From: an uncultured Gammaproteobacteria bacterium
GTDB lineage: Bacteria; Pseudomonadota; Gammaproteobacteria; Arenicellales; JAANXG01
Length of the DNA stretch: 64,000 nucleotides
Assembly (NCBI GenBank): GCA_947258495.1
Contig: CAMYIN010000164.1
Span: 8,111-72,110 of the forward strand
Reading direction: 5' to 3'
Under the pieces are notes generated by a model. It saw nothing but the letters and a program-made list of their open reading frames with translations, searched no databases and had not been told where the DNA came from. Shown piece by piece: positions 22,215 to 32,144 of this stretch. Each line of letters starts with the position of its first letter. Position 1 is the stretch's first letter. The position numbers and the translations under genes were made by a program.

Positions 22215-23575
22215 TGGGCACTCCCCGTCGCGGCACCGCCGTTGGGCTCGACAATCTTTTCGATAATTCTTTCCATATGCATGCTCCGTGATCCCTTGAC
22301 CAGTACGGTCGTGTGTTCGTCGAGTTGGTTGCGTAAAACCCGGATCAACCCGCCTTCGGACTCGAAATGCGAGCCGCCGTCGCCGAACGCCTCGACAGCC
22401 TCCGTGCTCAACGGTCCCAAGGCCAGCAAGCCATCGACGCCGTGATCGCGTGCGTAGCGGCCGATGTCACGATGCAGAGTTTTTTCCTGCGACCCCAGCT
22501 CGGCCATATCGCCGAGCACCAGAAGGCGCGTGCCGGAGCGCGCGGATATCACATCGACGGCTGCGCGCACGGAAGCCGGGTTCGCGTTGTAGGTATCGTC
22601 GTACACGGTCGAACCGCGTACCCCCCGCCGCACCTGCAGACGCCCGCGCACCGGAGCCATCTGTTCCAACCCCGCCTTGACCTGGTCCAGTCCCGTGCCG
22701 ACAGCGATCGCCGCACAAGCGGCGGCCAGTGCGTTTGCAACATTATGTTCACCCGGCAGTGGCAGGCTCAGCTCCACGTCGCCGATGGGGGTACGCAGCC
22801 GCAGTGTCGAAGATCCGGTCCCGGTTTCGAAATCGGCGGCAACACTGGCTTCGCGACGCAACGCGAAATCCCGACAGCGGCGGGGACGGGCCCTCGTCCG
22901 CCACAGCGGCGCGTAGGGATCGTCCGCGTTTATTATTGCGACGCCGTCGCGGCCGAGACCGTGAAAGATCTCGGCTTTCGCCTTAGCGACGCTTTCCACA
23001 TTTCCCAGGCCCTCGAGGTGAGCCGCGGCGGCGTTGGTGATGACCGCGACGGTGGGGCGCGCCATTCGACTCAGATAATCGATCTCTCCGATATGATTAG
23101 TCCCCATTTCGACCACCGCATAGCGGTGATCGTCGCGCAGCCGCAACAATGTCAAAGGGACACCGATTTCGTTGTTCAAGTTTCCCGAGGTGACCAGTGT
23201 CTTGCCGCAGCGATTGAGAATGGCGCCCAGCATTTCCTTTACCGTGGTCTTGCCATTGCTTCCGGTTACACCGATCAGCGGGATATCGAACCGATTGCGC
23301 CAATGCCGTGCGAGTTCGCCCAGTGCGGCTTTTGTGTCGTCGACTTGCACGGTACTCAGGACGGTTTCGATCTGCTCGTCTATGAGCGCCGCGGCGGCAT
23401 TGTTATGCGCGGCGTCAACAACGAAGCGGTGACCGTCAAAACGCGATCCTCGAAGGGCGACGAATAGCTCACCCTGTCTCAGAGTGCGGGTGTCGGTCGT
23501 TACGCCCGCGATGAACACATCGTCGCCGACGAGTCTTCCATGCACAGCTTTGGCTACCTCTTGCAGACGCATCAC
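22211..23575 (-). CDS. murF: UDP-N-acetylmuramoyl-tripeptide--D-alanyl-D-alanine ligase MurF
   Basis: [15 protein letters not shown]-loop; Mur ligase middle and C-terminal domains; dcw position. Confidence 0.95.
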   Translation of the reverse strand: MMRLQEVAKAVHGRLVGDDVFIAGVTTDTRTLRQGELFVALRGSRFDGHRFVVDAAHNNAAAALIDEQIETVLSTVQVDDTKAALGELARHWRNRFDIPLIGVTGSNGKTTVKEMLGAILNRCGKTLVTSGNLNNEIGVPLTLLRLRDDHRYAVVEMGTNHIGEIDYLSRMARPTVAVITNAAAAHLEGLGNVESVAKAKAEIFHGLGRDGVAIINADDPYAPLWRTRARPRRCRDFALRREASVAADFETGTGSSTLRLRTPIGDVELSLPLPGEHNVANALAAACAAIAVGTGLDQVKAGLEQMAPVRGRLQVRRGVRGSTVYDDTYNANPASVRAAVDVISARSGTRLLVLGDMAELGSQEKTLHRDIGRYARDHGVDGLLALGPLSTEAVEAFGDGGSHFESEGGLIRVLRNQLDEHTTVLVKGSRSMHMERIIEKIVEPNGGAATGSAH

Positions 23576-25047
23576 GCCGCCATTCCCAGTGTTTCGGTCA
23601 CGATACGCCGGTCGCTCAGAGCGATCTCGCGATCGCCCAGTTGTTGCGTGGTCTCATGACCCTTTCCGGCTACGACGATCCAGTCCCCGGAATCCGCGTG
23701 CCGAATCGTCCATTGAATCGCTTCGGCGCGATCGTGGATCACGGTAGGCGAAGTACCCATTCCAGCGACGATTTCAGCAACGATGGCTTGCGGCCGCTCT
23801 GACCGTGGATTGTCGTCCGTGAGCACCACCGCGTCCGCCAGTTGTTCCGCTACCTGGCCCATCATCGGCCGCTTGCCGCGATCTCTGTCGCCGCCGCAGC
23901 CAAATACGACCCAGAGGCGTTGTCGGCAGTGTTCGCGAATCGATCGCAAGGCATGGGCCAGCGCATCGGGTGTATGTGCGTAGTCGACGACGACCGCGGG
24001 GCCGGACTCGAAGGCGCGAAACAATTCCATTCGCCCGGGCACCGGCTTGATGCGCTCCAGGGCGACGGCAAGCTCGCCGCCGTCACGTCCCTGTGCCAAG
24101 AGCACCGACGCAACCGCGAGGAGATTCAGGGCGTTCACACGCCCGAGCAAGGACGACGAAACGCCGAAACGTGACTCGCCGGTGACGATCACGATTTTCA
24201 GGCCGTTGTCCAAAGGGGTAACGCTTTCCGCGTACACGTCCCCGGTTCGCATGCCGTAGCTGACTATTTTGCGGGCCAGCGTGCGTTCCCGCAATACGCT
24301 GCTGAACGGGTCGTCATCATTGAGCACCGCGAGTTCTAACGTGGCGCAATCGAACAACTGAGCTTTGCTTCCCCCGTACGCTGCCATGTCCCCGTGATAA
24401 TCCAGGTGATCGCGACTGAGGTTTGTGAACACAGCGATGTCGAAAGCCACGCCCGCTGCGCGTCCCTGGTCCATTGCATGCGACGACACCTCCATGCATA
24501 CATGGCTGGCGCCGCCATCGACAAAGCGACGTAAAGTGCGATGCAATCCGATCGGGTCGGGTGTAGTGTGCCGGCTGGGTTGCAGATTGTCTCCAAAACC
24601 TATACCCAAGGTCCCGATGAACCCGCAACGCGCTCCGAGGTGCCCGAGCGCCTGCATCAACGCGTGGGTGCAGGTGGTTTTGCCGTTGGTTCCGGTTATT
24701 CCGGCGACGACCAGGTGCCTGGACGGTTGTCCATAGAAGCGGTCGGCGATCAATCCGACACGACGCTGCAGCTCGGGCATCGGATAAGATGCGACGTCAA
24801 GCGCGGGGAGCGCACCGTTGCCGGGTTCGTAAACTACCACGGCGGCGCCCCGGTCAACGGCCTGCTGGACGTAGTCGCGGCCGTGACGAGCGGTGCCCGC
24901 ATAAGCGAAAAAGACATCTCCCGCCTCGACCTCGCGACTGTCCAGGGCGATACCGCTGATCAAGATGTCGTGTTCCGGCTCGATCGAAACGAAACCTTGC
25001 AACAGTTCGCTCAGCGGCAATCGCAGCATTTTCGTGTTCGAGTTCAT
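23572..25047 (-). CDS. murE: UDP-N-acetylmuramoyl-L-alanyl-D-glutamate--2,6-diaminopimelate ligase MurE
   Basis: GITGTNGKTT P-loop; DAP-specific TDDNPRSE (DNPR) motif. Confidence 0.95.
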   Translation of the reverse strand: MNSNTKMLRLPLSELLQGFVSIEPEHDILISGIALDSREVEAGDVFFAYAGTARHGRDYVQQAVDRGAAVVVYEPGNGALPALDVASYPMPELQRRVGLIADRFYGQPSRHLVVAGITGTNGKTTCTHALMQALGHLGARCGFIGTLGIGFGDNLQPSRHTTPDPIGLHRTLRRFVDGGASHVCMEVSSHAMDQGRAAGVAFDIAVFTNLSRDHLDYHGDMAAYGGSKAQLFDCATLELAVLNDDDPFSSVLRERTLARKIVSYGMRTGDVYAESVTPLDNGLKIVIVTGESRFGVSSSLLGRVNALNLLAVASVLLAQGRDGGELAVALERIKPVPGRMELFRAFESGPAVVVDYAHTPDALAHALRSIREHCRQRLWVVFGCGGDRDRGKRPMMGQVAEQLADAVVLTDDNPRSERPQAIVAEIVAGMGTSPTVIHDRAEAIQWTIRHADSGDWIVVAGKGHETTQQLGDREIALSDRRIVTETLGMAA

Positions 25048-26756
25048 ACGCCGGTATCGCCACCTTTGGCCTCGCGGATAGGGGCCGGTTGAAGATCCGG
25101 CGGCACATTCATCAATCGCAGCGCACCGGCCATGACCTGTGAAAAAACCGGGGCGGCGACTTCACCACCGTAATAGTTCTCGCCGCGGGGATCGTCGATG
25201 ACGACGACCATCGCCAGACGCGGGCTGGAAATCGGTGCGATGCCGGCAAACACGGACATATAACGATCGTCTGCATAACCGGAATCGGTGACCTTGTGCA
25301 CCGTCCCGGTCTTCCCGGCGACTCGGTAACGCTCGACGCGGGCCGCCTGTCCGGTACCGTGGTCGCTCACCGCACCCTCGAGCATTCGTCGCACTTCCGA
25401 TGCGATCTTTGCATCCATAACTCGCGTGCCGAAGACCGGGCCGTCAACCGGGACGATGCTCAGCGGCAGAAGAACGCCCCCGTTTGCGAGCACCGCGTAC
25501 GCGCGGGCGAGCTGCAACGGAGTGACGGACAATCCGTATCCAAACGACAACGTCGCGTGTTCAATGGGCCGCCAGCGGCGGCGCGCGGGCAGGCTCCCCG
25601 CCGCCTCGCCGGCCAGGCCGATGCCGGTAGTTTCGTCGAACCCCAAGCTCTTGAACATATCCAACAAGGGTTGTGGCGCGAGGGTCATAGCGATTTTTGC
25701 CGCACCGACGTTGCTGGACTTCACGAGCACGCGAGAAACGGTGAGCAGTCCGTAGTCCCTGACGTCGCGAACGTAGTGGCGCCCTACGCGCAGACTTCCG
25801 GGAGTCGTATCGACACGCGTATCGGGTCCGAATCGGCCGCTCGCAAGCGCCATCGCAATGGTGAACGGCTTTACCGTTGAACCCGGTTCGAACACATCCG
25901 TGACCGCCCGATTTCGGAACCGGCTTCCGAGGAGTTCTTCGCGATTGTTGGGGTTGAAACTCGGTTCGTTTACCATCGCCAACACCTCCCCGGTGTTGGT
26001 GTCCAACACGACCACGGAAGCGCCCTTCGCCCGGTGCGACCGCACCGCCGCGCGCAGGTAGCGATAGGCGAGAAATTGTATGCGTGCATCCAGGCTCACG
26101 CGGAGATTGCTGCCGTTCACGACCCTTTGGATGCGTTCTACCCGTTCGACGATGTGTCCGAACCGGTCCTTGAGTACTCGATCTTTGCCCGCGATGCCAC
26201 TCAAGTGCCGATCGTACGCCAGCTCGACACCCTCCTGACCTACATCGTCGACGTTAGTGAATCCCAGCAAATGACCCATATAGGGTCCCAGCGGGTAATA
26301 ACGTCGATACTCTCTCAGCATGTCGATGCCCGGGATTTCGAGATCACGCAAGCGATCGGCGCTCTCCGGCAGCAGATGGCGCTTCAGATACACGAACTCT
26401 CGTTCTCGATTCTTCCGGCACAACTGCCGCAGCCTGGAGGGCGCGATCTGAAGGATCTTGCCGAGTTGCGACCACGAATGACCCTGATCCAGCAAGGTCT
26501 GCGGGTGGGCCCAGACCGAATCTACCGGCGTGCTCACCGCCAGGGGCTCACCGTTGCGATCGAGGATCATCCCGCGCGAAGGTGGTATGTGCGTGGTGCG
26601 CAAATAACGTGCATCACCCTGGGCCTTGAGGTATTCCGTATCCAGGATTTGGAGAAACACCGTCCTTCCGGCCAGCAGAAGCAGAACGACGGTCAAGACT
26701 GCCAGCACCAACCAGTGGCGGCCCGCGTGTACGATGGATCGGGTCGGTTTCGTCAT
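25044..26756 (-). CDS. ftsI: Division-specific peptidoglycan D,D-transpeptidase FtsI (PBP3)
   Basis: TM anchor; STVK (SxxK), SSN (SxN) and KTGT (KTG) motifs. The ATG at 26756 forms an ATGA overlap with the ftsL stop; the listed longer ORF (to 26885) runs through ftsL. Confidence 0.94.
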   Translation of the reverse strand: MTKPTRSIVHAGRHWLVLAVLTVVLLLLAGRTVFLQILDTEYLKAQGDARYLRTTHIPPSRGMILDRNGEPLAVSTPVDSVWAHPQTLLDQGHSWSQLGKILQIAPSRLRQLCRKNREREFVYLKRHLLPESADRLRDLEIPGIDMLREYRRYYPLGPYMGHLLGFTNVDDVGQEGVELAYDRHLSGIAGKDRVLKDRFGHIVERVERIQRVVNGSNLRVSLDARIQFLAYRYLRAAVRSHRAKGASVVVLDTNTGEVLAMVNEPSFNPNNREELLGSRFRNRAVTDVFEPGSTVKPFTIAMALASGRFGPDTRVDTTPGSLRVGRHYVRDVRDYGLLTVSRVLVKSSNVGAAKIAMTLAPQPLLDMFKSLGFDETTGIGLAGEAAGSLPARRRWRPIEHATLSFGYGLSVTPLQLARAYAVLANGGVLLPLSIVPVDGPVFGTRVMDAKIASEVRRMLEGAVSDHGTGQAARVERYRVAGKTGTVHKVTDSGYADDRYMSVFAGIAPISSPRLAMVVVIDDPRGENYYGGEVAAPVFSQVMAGALRLMNVPPDLQPAPIREAKGGDTGV

Positions 26757-27022
26757 TGCTCTCGTCCGGACAGCACCACCATGGCTGCGGGGCTCGGTAC
26801 CGTCATACCCAGTTTCCTGCGCGCGTTGTTTTCCAACAGTTGGTGCATGGACCATGTACTCTCTTCCAGCAGCAGCCGGCGCCATTCAATATTCAATTGG
26901 TCTCTCTGTTGCTGCGACTCCTGCAAGGCGATGAAGATCAGTCGATGCTGGTGACGTCCGTAGACAACGGCAATACCGCTGAGCACCACCGCAATCGTCA
27001 GCAAGAAGATCCAACTACGCAT
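26753..27022 (-). CDS. ftsL: Cell division protein FtsL
   Basis: 89-aa bitopic protein (WIFLLTIAVVLSGIAVVY) with a coiled-coil tail; position between rsmH and ftsI. Confidence 0.88.
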   Translation of the reverse strand: MRSWIFLLTIAVVLSGIAVVYGRHQHRLIFIALQESQQQRDQLNIEWRRLLLEESTWSMHQLLENNARRKLGMTVPSPAAMVVLSGREQ

Positions 27023-27959
27023 ACGCCGCCTCCGTGCGTTCGGCGACCCTCAGGACGGCGCTGCGGGCGCGCGGATTGCTGCGTATTTCTTCCTCGCCGG
27101 GGCGCTTGGGTTTGTCCATCACCCGCAAACGCGGGAACAAGCGATGGTGTGGAACTGGAAAATCCGGCGGGTATGGATCTCCTTTGGACTCTAAACGGAA
27201 GAATCGCTTGACCAACCTGTCCTCGAGGGAATGAAAGCTGATGACCACAAGTCGACCCCCCGCACAGAGCAATTCGACCGCTTGCGGCAACGCCTCGCGC
27301 AGCTGTTCCAATTCCTGGTTGATGAACATGCGAATCGCCTGGAACGTGCGCGTGGCGGGATGTTTATGTGGATCCGCGCGCGGCAGCGCGCGCTCTACGA
27401 CGCGAACCAGGTCCGCCGTGCTCTCGATCGGATATTCCTTGCGCGTATTCACGATCGCTCGAGCGATGCGACGGGCGTAACGCTCTTCGCCGAGTTCGCG
27501 GAGTACGCGTTCCAGATCCTGCTCACGCACTTCCTGCAGCCATTTCCGGGCCGTTACTCCCCTACCCGGATCCATACGCATATCCAGCGGCCCCTCGCGG
27601 CTGAAGCTGAAACCTCGGCGGGGGTCTTCAAATTGCGGCGAGGATACACCGAGATCGAAAAGCACGCCGTCAACTCGACCGACGAGAGACAATTCTTCGG
27701 CAATCCGTTTCAGCTCCGCGAATCGATCCTGCATTATCGTCACTCTGGGGTCGTCCTTGAAGTCTGAGCGCGCCGACCTTATCGCTTCAGGATCCGCGTC
27801 GATTGCAATCAGTCTACCCCGGGTCCCCAGCAACGCGAGGATTTCGCGACTGTGCCCTCCACGACCGAATGTGGCATCAAAATATATTCCATCTCTTTTT
27901 ATTTTTAACGCCTGCACCACTTCTCTCACCAAGACCGGCTTGTGCCCTCTCGCCACCAC
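27015..27959 (-). CDS. rsmH: 16S rRNA (cytosine1402-N4)-methyltransferase RsmH (MraW)
   Basis: HKPVLVREV start; DATFGRGGHS SAM motif; DLGVSSPQ motif. Confidence 0.96.
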   Translation of the reverse strand: MVARGHKPVLVREVVQALKIKRDGIYFDATFGRGGHSREILALLGTRGRLIAIDADPEAIRSARSDFKDDPRVTIMQDRFAELKRIAEELSLVGRVDGVLFDLGVSSPQFEDPRRGFSFSREGPLDMRMDPGRGVTARKWLQEVREQDLERVLRELGEERYARRIARAIVNTRKEYPIESTADLVRVVERALPRADPHKHPATRTFQAIRMFINQELEQLREALPQAVELLCAGGRLVVISFHSLEDRLVKRFFRLESKGDPYPPDFPVPHHRLFPRLRVMDKPKRPGEEEIRSNPRARSAVLRVAERTEAAYA

Positions 27960-27979
27960 GGCGGTTCATAGCGTGTGCG

Positions 27980-28441
27980 TCATAGGGATAGTGATTCCAA
28001 CTCCACCGTTAAGGGACCGTCCTCGACGGTCTGGGACAGCCACTCATCCCGGTGGGCGCCCCACAGTTCCTCGCTCCAGATCTCGAACTTGTTACCCTGT
28101 CCGATCATCACTACGCGCTTCTTCAGCCCGGCGTACTCGCGCAAGGGCCCAGGCAACAACACGCGGCCGCTGGCATCGATATCGCAATCGGTTGCGTGGC
28201 CGATGAGAATCCGTTTCAATCGTCGGGTGTGGGCATCCAGGCTCGGCAGGCGCACCAACTTCCGCTCGATCTCTTCCCATTCGTCGAGCGGGTACACCCA
28301 CAGACAGCGCTCACTATTGCTGTCGTTGATGGTGATGACCAGCCGGCCCTCGCTTTGGCGGAGGAGGTCGTCTCGATAGCGGGCTGGAATCGCCAGTCGA
28401 CCTTTGACGTCCAAGTTAAGCGTATTAACACCGCGGAACAT
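27980..28441 (-). CDS. mraZ: Transcriptional regulator MraZ
   Basis: MFRGVNTLNLDVKGRLAIPARYR N-terminus and a second SpoVT-AbrB-like repeat (DASGRVLLPGPLREYA); first gene of the dcw cluster. Confidence 0.96.
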   Translation of the reverse strand: MFRGVNTLNLDVKGRLAIPARYRDDLLRQSEGRLVITINDSNSERCLWVYPLDEWEEIERKLVRLPSLDAHTRRLKRILIGHATDCDIDASGRVLLPGPLREYAGLKKRVVMIGQGNKFEIWSEELWGAHRDEWLSQTVEDGPLTVELESLSL

Positions 28442-28463
28442 CGCTCCTCACCAGGCTTTGTTC

Positions 28464-28528
28464 GCCACTTTGTTGCACTTCTCCCCACTAATAAACACAC
28501 TATAGTGAGATCAAACCGCAGGTGTCAA
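28464..28528 (-). promoter_or_regulatory. dcw (mraZ) promoter with three phased GTGNN boxes (MraZ-operator-like)
   Basis: On the minus strand: TTGACA (28523-28528), 18-nt spacer, TATAGT (28499-28504). Then GTGGG (28484-28488), GTGCA (28474-28478) and GTGGC (28464-28468) at exact 10-nt phasing. AGGAG SD lies before the mraZ ATG. Confidence 0.7.
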
Positions 28529-28721
28529 GCGAATTCAGGCGGAATTACTGAAAATTCTTCCTTATCGGACAATCGGTTACGTGCTCTCGACCGGCACCGG
28601 GAAAGGCGCGGGGCGAGGCCCCCGCAATCGCCCGCGTCCCACCTCGGCGGATGCGCGGTTGCGAGCACGGAGAGGCTGGCCGAGACCGCACCCCGCAGGG
28701 GTGGTGCGGCGGTGCGGGGAA

Positions 28722-29196
28722 GGAGTGAGAGCCGGCCTGTAAGCCGGGTTCTGTCGGGGACAGCCATTCATCTGGGACAGGCGTCACCGCCTGCCTCAAG
28801 CGACCTACCCGGACCCGGTGCGGGCGACACCAATGGGCCCCTATTCGGTCTTGCTCCGGGTGGGGTTTACCCTGCCACGGATGTTACCACCCGCGCGGTG
28901 CGCTCTTACCGCACCTTTTCACCCTTACCGGCCGCCTACTCCGATAGGCCACCGGTCCCGGCCCGGCGCCGACGCGCCGAGGGCGCAGCCCGAGAAACCA
29001 TCGGAGTAGGCGGCGGGCGGTATGTTTTCTGTGGCACTTTCCGTCGGCTCGCGCCGCCCAGGCGTTACCTGGCACCCTGCCCTGCGGAGCCCGGACTTTC
29101 CTCCCGCCGCGTTCCCAGGCGGCACACTGTCGGCGCGAGTCGCGGTGCAGGCCCCGCCTGGGAACGCGGCGGGCGGCTGCCCGGCCGGCTCTCGCC
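28722..29196 (-). ncRNA. rnpB: RNase P RNA, bacterial type A
   Basis: Minus-strand GGAGGAAAGUCCGGGCUCC (P4 5' strand), GGGUGCCAGGUAACGCCUGGG, GGUAAGGGUGAAAAGGUGCGGUAAGAGCGCACC, AGAUGAAUGGCUGUCCCCGACAGAACCCGGCUUA. P1 pairs GAGAGCCGGCC (29183-29193) with GGCCGGCUCUC (28727-28737). Ends are approximate (+/-10 nt). Confidence 0.95.
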
Positions 29197-29236
29197 CCCA
29201 AGATACTAAACACCCGCTCGGCCGTGCAAGTCGGCC

Positions 29237-30088
29237 TCAGGCCCCCTGAATGCGCAACGCCAACCGATACAGACGGTTCTTGCCGCCGCCGGTGATCTCC
29301 GCTGCGAGCGCAACGGCAGGTTTCAGCGGCAGGGTCCTGAGCAATATCGTCAGCACCCGCTCCGCTTCCCGGAGATCGTGCTCCACCTCGGGGCTGCCGC
29401 GAACGAGCACCACGAATTCGCCCTTTTGCCGCCGCGGCTCGCGCTCCAGCCAGTGCAGAACATCCTCCAAGGCGCCTCTCTTTGTCGATTCGAACTTCTT
29501 CGTCAATTCCCGCGCAATCGCGGCCTCCCGATCTTCGCCGAAAATCGCCACCATGTCCCGCAGCGTGGCGACGATACGGTGTACCGATTCGTAAAAGATC
29601 AGGGTGCGGTCGTCCGCCGCGAGCGCCTGCAGCCGACGTTGCCGCGGCGCGGCCCGGGCCGGCAGGAAACCTTCGAACGCGAAGCGGTCCGTCGGCAGAC
29701 CGGCGACGGACAAGGCGGCGATGGCCGCGCACGGACCTGGAACTGCGACCACGGCGATCCCACGTTCCTGTGCCAGACGCACGAGACGATATCCGGCGTC
29801 GCTGATCAGCGGCGTCCCCGCGTCGCTGATCAGCGCCAAGTTGTCGCCACGAATCAGTCTGGCCACTAATTCCGGCGCGCGGCGGCTCTCATTGTGTTCG
29901 TGATACGCCACCGTGCGGGGCCGAATACCGCAGCGATCCATCAGTTTTCGACTGATGCGGGTGTCCTCCACGACTACCACGTCTACCTCCGACAGCGTTC
30001 GTACGGCCCGTTCGCTGATGTCGTCGAGATTGCCGATGGGGGTCGCGACGACGTACAAGGTACCAGTTTTGCTTGGCTGCTCGACCAC
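29237..30088 (-). CDS. rsmI: 16S rRNA (cytidine1402-2'-O)-methyltransferase RsmI
   Basis: GTLYVVATPIGNLDDIS start; LISDAGTPLISDAGYRLV motif; tetrapyrrole-methylase fold; divergent from lpoA as in E. coli yraL/yraM. Confidence 0.94.
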   Translation of the reverse strand: MVEQPSKTGTLYVVATPIGNLDDISERAVRTLSEVDVVVVEDTRISRKLMDRCGIRPRTVAYHEHNESRRAPELVARLIRGDNLALISDAGTPLISDAGYRLVRLAQERGIAVVAVPGPCAAIAALSVAGLPTDRFAFEGFLPARAAPRQRRLQALAADDRTLIFYESVHRIVATLRDMVAIFGEDREAAIARELTKKFESTKRGALEDVLHWLEREPRRQKGEFVVLVRGSPEVEHDLREAERVLTILLRTLPLKPAVALAAEITGGGKNRLYRLALRIQGA

Positions 30089-30146
30089 TCGCTATACTCT
30101 GTGGGCCCCGGCGTCTGCGGCCCACAATGCTGATGAAAACTCGTTG

Positions 30147-32144
30147 ATGAGAACTCGATTTTTTTTTATCCCCGCGCTAATTGCAATCGCCGGCTGTGCT
30201 TCGCAGCCGGCCTCGGAGACCCGGGAGATACCGGTCGCGGAGCCTGTGCAGACACCGACCGACGCGCCCGCGGGCTCATCGGATCCATCCCAGGGCTTGC
30301 TCACCGAGCAGGATCTACTCAATAAAGCCTCTGAATTCCTCACCCTGGCGGAGCAGGGGTCTCCCGCAGAAAGCGCGGATTATCGCCTCAAAGCCGCGGA
30401 GGCGCTGATCCGGTCCGGCCGTCACCGCCCCGCCCTCAGGCTCCTGGAATCGCTCGACCTGGAGGCGCTGCCGCCGCTGTTCTCAGCCCGTCGCGAATTG
30501 CTCAGGGCGCGCGTTGCGATACGCGACAACCGGCCCGAGACCGCCTTCAAGTTGCTTGCCGGGCTGGATGACCAACCGGGTATGGGTCCGCAATTCCATG
30601 AACAGTTATGGCAACAAAGAGCGAGAACGAACCTGCTTCTGGATCGACCCCTCGAAGCGATTCGGGCGTTGATAGCTCGTGAGCGATATCTCACCCGATC
30701 CGGTGACCTGATCCGCAACCAGCGTCAAATCTGGACTTTGCTGAACAGAGTCCCATCGCATCAGTTGTCGCAAACCATGCAATCCGTTCCCGAGCAGGAA
30801 CTGCTCGGATGGATCGAACTTGCGCTCGCCCATACGGAACACGGGCACGACTCCTTTCGCCTCGGTCAGGAGATCCGTCGATGGCAATCCATGCATCCGG
30901 GTCACAGCGCCAACAGGCTGCTTCAGAATCGGGCTACCGTCCTCAGCGGGCCGTCTGTTATCCAGCCGCGGCAGATCGCCTTGCTCCTGCCGCTGACGTC
31001 CGAGTTCGGGCGCGCCGCACAAGCGGTGCACGATGGCTTCATAGCCGCCCACGGTGCCAACGGCGATCCCGACAAGCCCCGGATAAAGGTATACGACATC
31101 GGACCCGAAGCCGAACTGTCCCCCGTTTACTATCGCCTGGCCGTGCAGGAAGGCGCAGATTTATTGGTCGGGCCCCTGGGGAAACAAGCGGTGACGGTAC
31201 TCGTCGCCGCGGAATCGATTTCGGTGCCCACATTGCTGTTGGGCAGTGCCGACAACACCGACAGCCTTCCGGTTAACGTCTTCCAATTCGACCTGTCTCC
31301 CGAACAAGAAGCGGCGCAAACCGCGTTGCGTGCTTACCTCGACGGACACCGAACCACCGCGGTGTTGTTTCCGGAGACATCTTGGGGAGAACGGGTCCAC
31401 GGCGCCTTCTCCCGGCGCTGGCAGGAACTGGGGGGGGTCGTCGTGGAAAGTCGATCCTACGTCGAGGACCGTACCGACTATTCCGTGCCCATCAGGGAGG
31501 TCTTGAACATCGACGCCAGCGAAGCGCGAAAGCGCGTCTTGTCCGGTTTATTGCGTACTAAACTTCAGTTTCAACCTCGACGTCGGCGGGACGTGGATTT
31601 TCTTTTTCTCGCCGCAAGAACCGCTACCGCCAGATTGTTGAAACCACAGATCAACTTCTTTCACGCTCACGATCTTCCGGTCTATTCGACGTCACACGTA
31701 TATGCAGGCGCCCCCGATCCCGTGAACGACGCCGACCTCAACGGCATCGTCTTCGGTGATATGCCATGGATGCTGGTGTCCGACGGATTCATTGGGAACC
31801 TCCGACGAAGGATTCAAGGGCCGTGGCCGTACGCCCAGACCGCACTCGACAGACTGTACGCACTGGGCATGGACACCTATGCGATAATTCCATCCCTGGT
31901 TCGCCTGCGCGAGGATCCGGAATTGCTCATCGAAGGCGTTACCGCCCGACTGGGCATGGACAGAAACGGGCGCGTAACGCGTCAACTCAGCTGGGCGAGA
32001 TTTGACGATGGGCGTCCGGTTATCCTCGATTTCGATCTCGGAGAGCACCGTAATCTGTACGAGCTTGGGAGCGCACAAATTGGCGATTCATCTGGAGAGG
32101 GGCCGATGGGCCGAAAACGAAGCCCGGGATTATCTGGTCCGTAG
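30147..32144 (+). CDS. lpoA: Penicillin-binding protein activator LpoA (lipoprotein)
   Basis: Real start at ATG 30147 with lipobox MRTRFFFIPALIAIAGC. TPR-like N-domain plus periplasmic-binding-like C-domain. Followed by yraN-diaA-dolP. The listed upstream extension (from 29913) overlaps rsmI. Confidence 0.88.
   Translation: MRTRFFFIPALIAIAGCASQPASETREIPVAEPVQTPTDAPAGSSDPSQGLLTEQDLLNKASEFLTLAEQGSPAESADYRLKAAEALIRSGRHRPALRLLESLDLEALPPLFSARRELLRARVAIRDNRPETAFKLLAGLDDQPGMGPQFHEQLWQQRARTNLLLDRPLEAIRALIARERYLTRSGDLIRNQRQIWTLLNRVPSHQLSQTMQSVPEQELLGWIELALAHTEHGHDSFRLGQEIRRWQSMHPGHSANRLLQNRATVLSGPSVIQPRQIALLLPLTSEFGRAAQAVHDGFIAAHGANGDPDKPRIKVYDIGPEAELSPVYYRLAVQEGADLLVGPLGKQAVTVLVAAESISVPTLLLGSADNTDSLPVNVFQFDLSPEQEAAQTALRAYLDGHRTTAVLFPETSWGERVHGAFSRRWQELGGVVVESRSYVEDRTDYSVPIREVLNIDASEARKRVLSGLLRTKLQFQPRRRRDVDFLFLAARTATARLLKPQINFFHAHDLPVYSTSHVYAGAPDPVNDADLNGIVFGDMPWMLVSDGFIGNLRRRIQGPWPYAQTALDRLYALGMDTYAIIPSLVRLREDPELLIEGVTARLGMDRNGRVTRQLSWARFDDGRPVILDFDLGEHRNLYELGSAQIGDSSGEGPMGRKRSPGLSGP

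Noticed and set aside
29800-29840. Direct repeat GTCGCTGATCAGCG...GTCGCTGATCAGCG inside rsmI
   Set aside because: It encodes LISDAGTPLISDAG. The corresponding E. coli RsmI motif is itself internally repetitive (VSDAGTPLINDPG), so this is a conserved protein feature and not a recent duplication.
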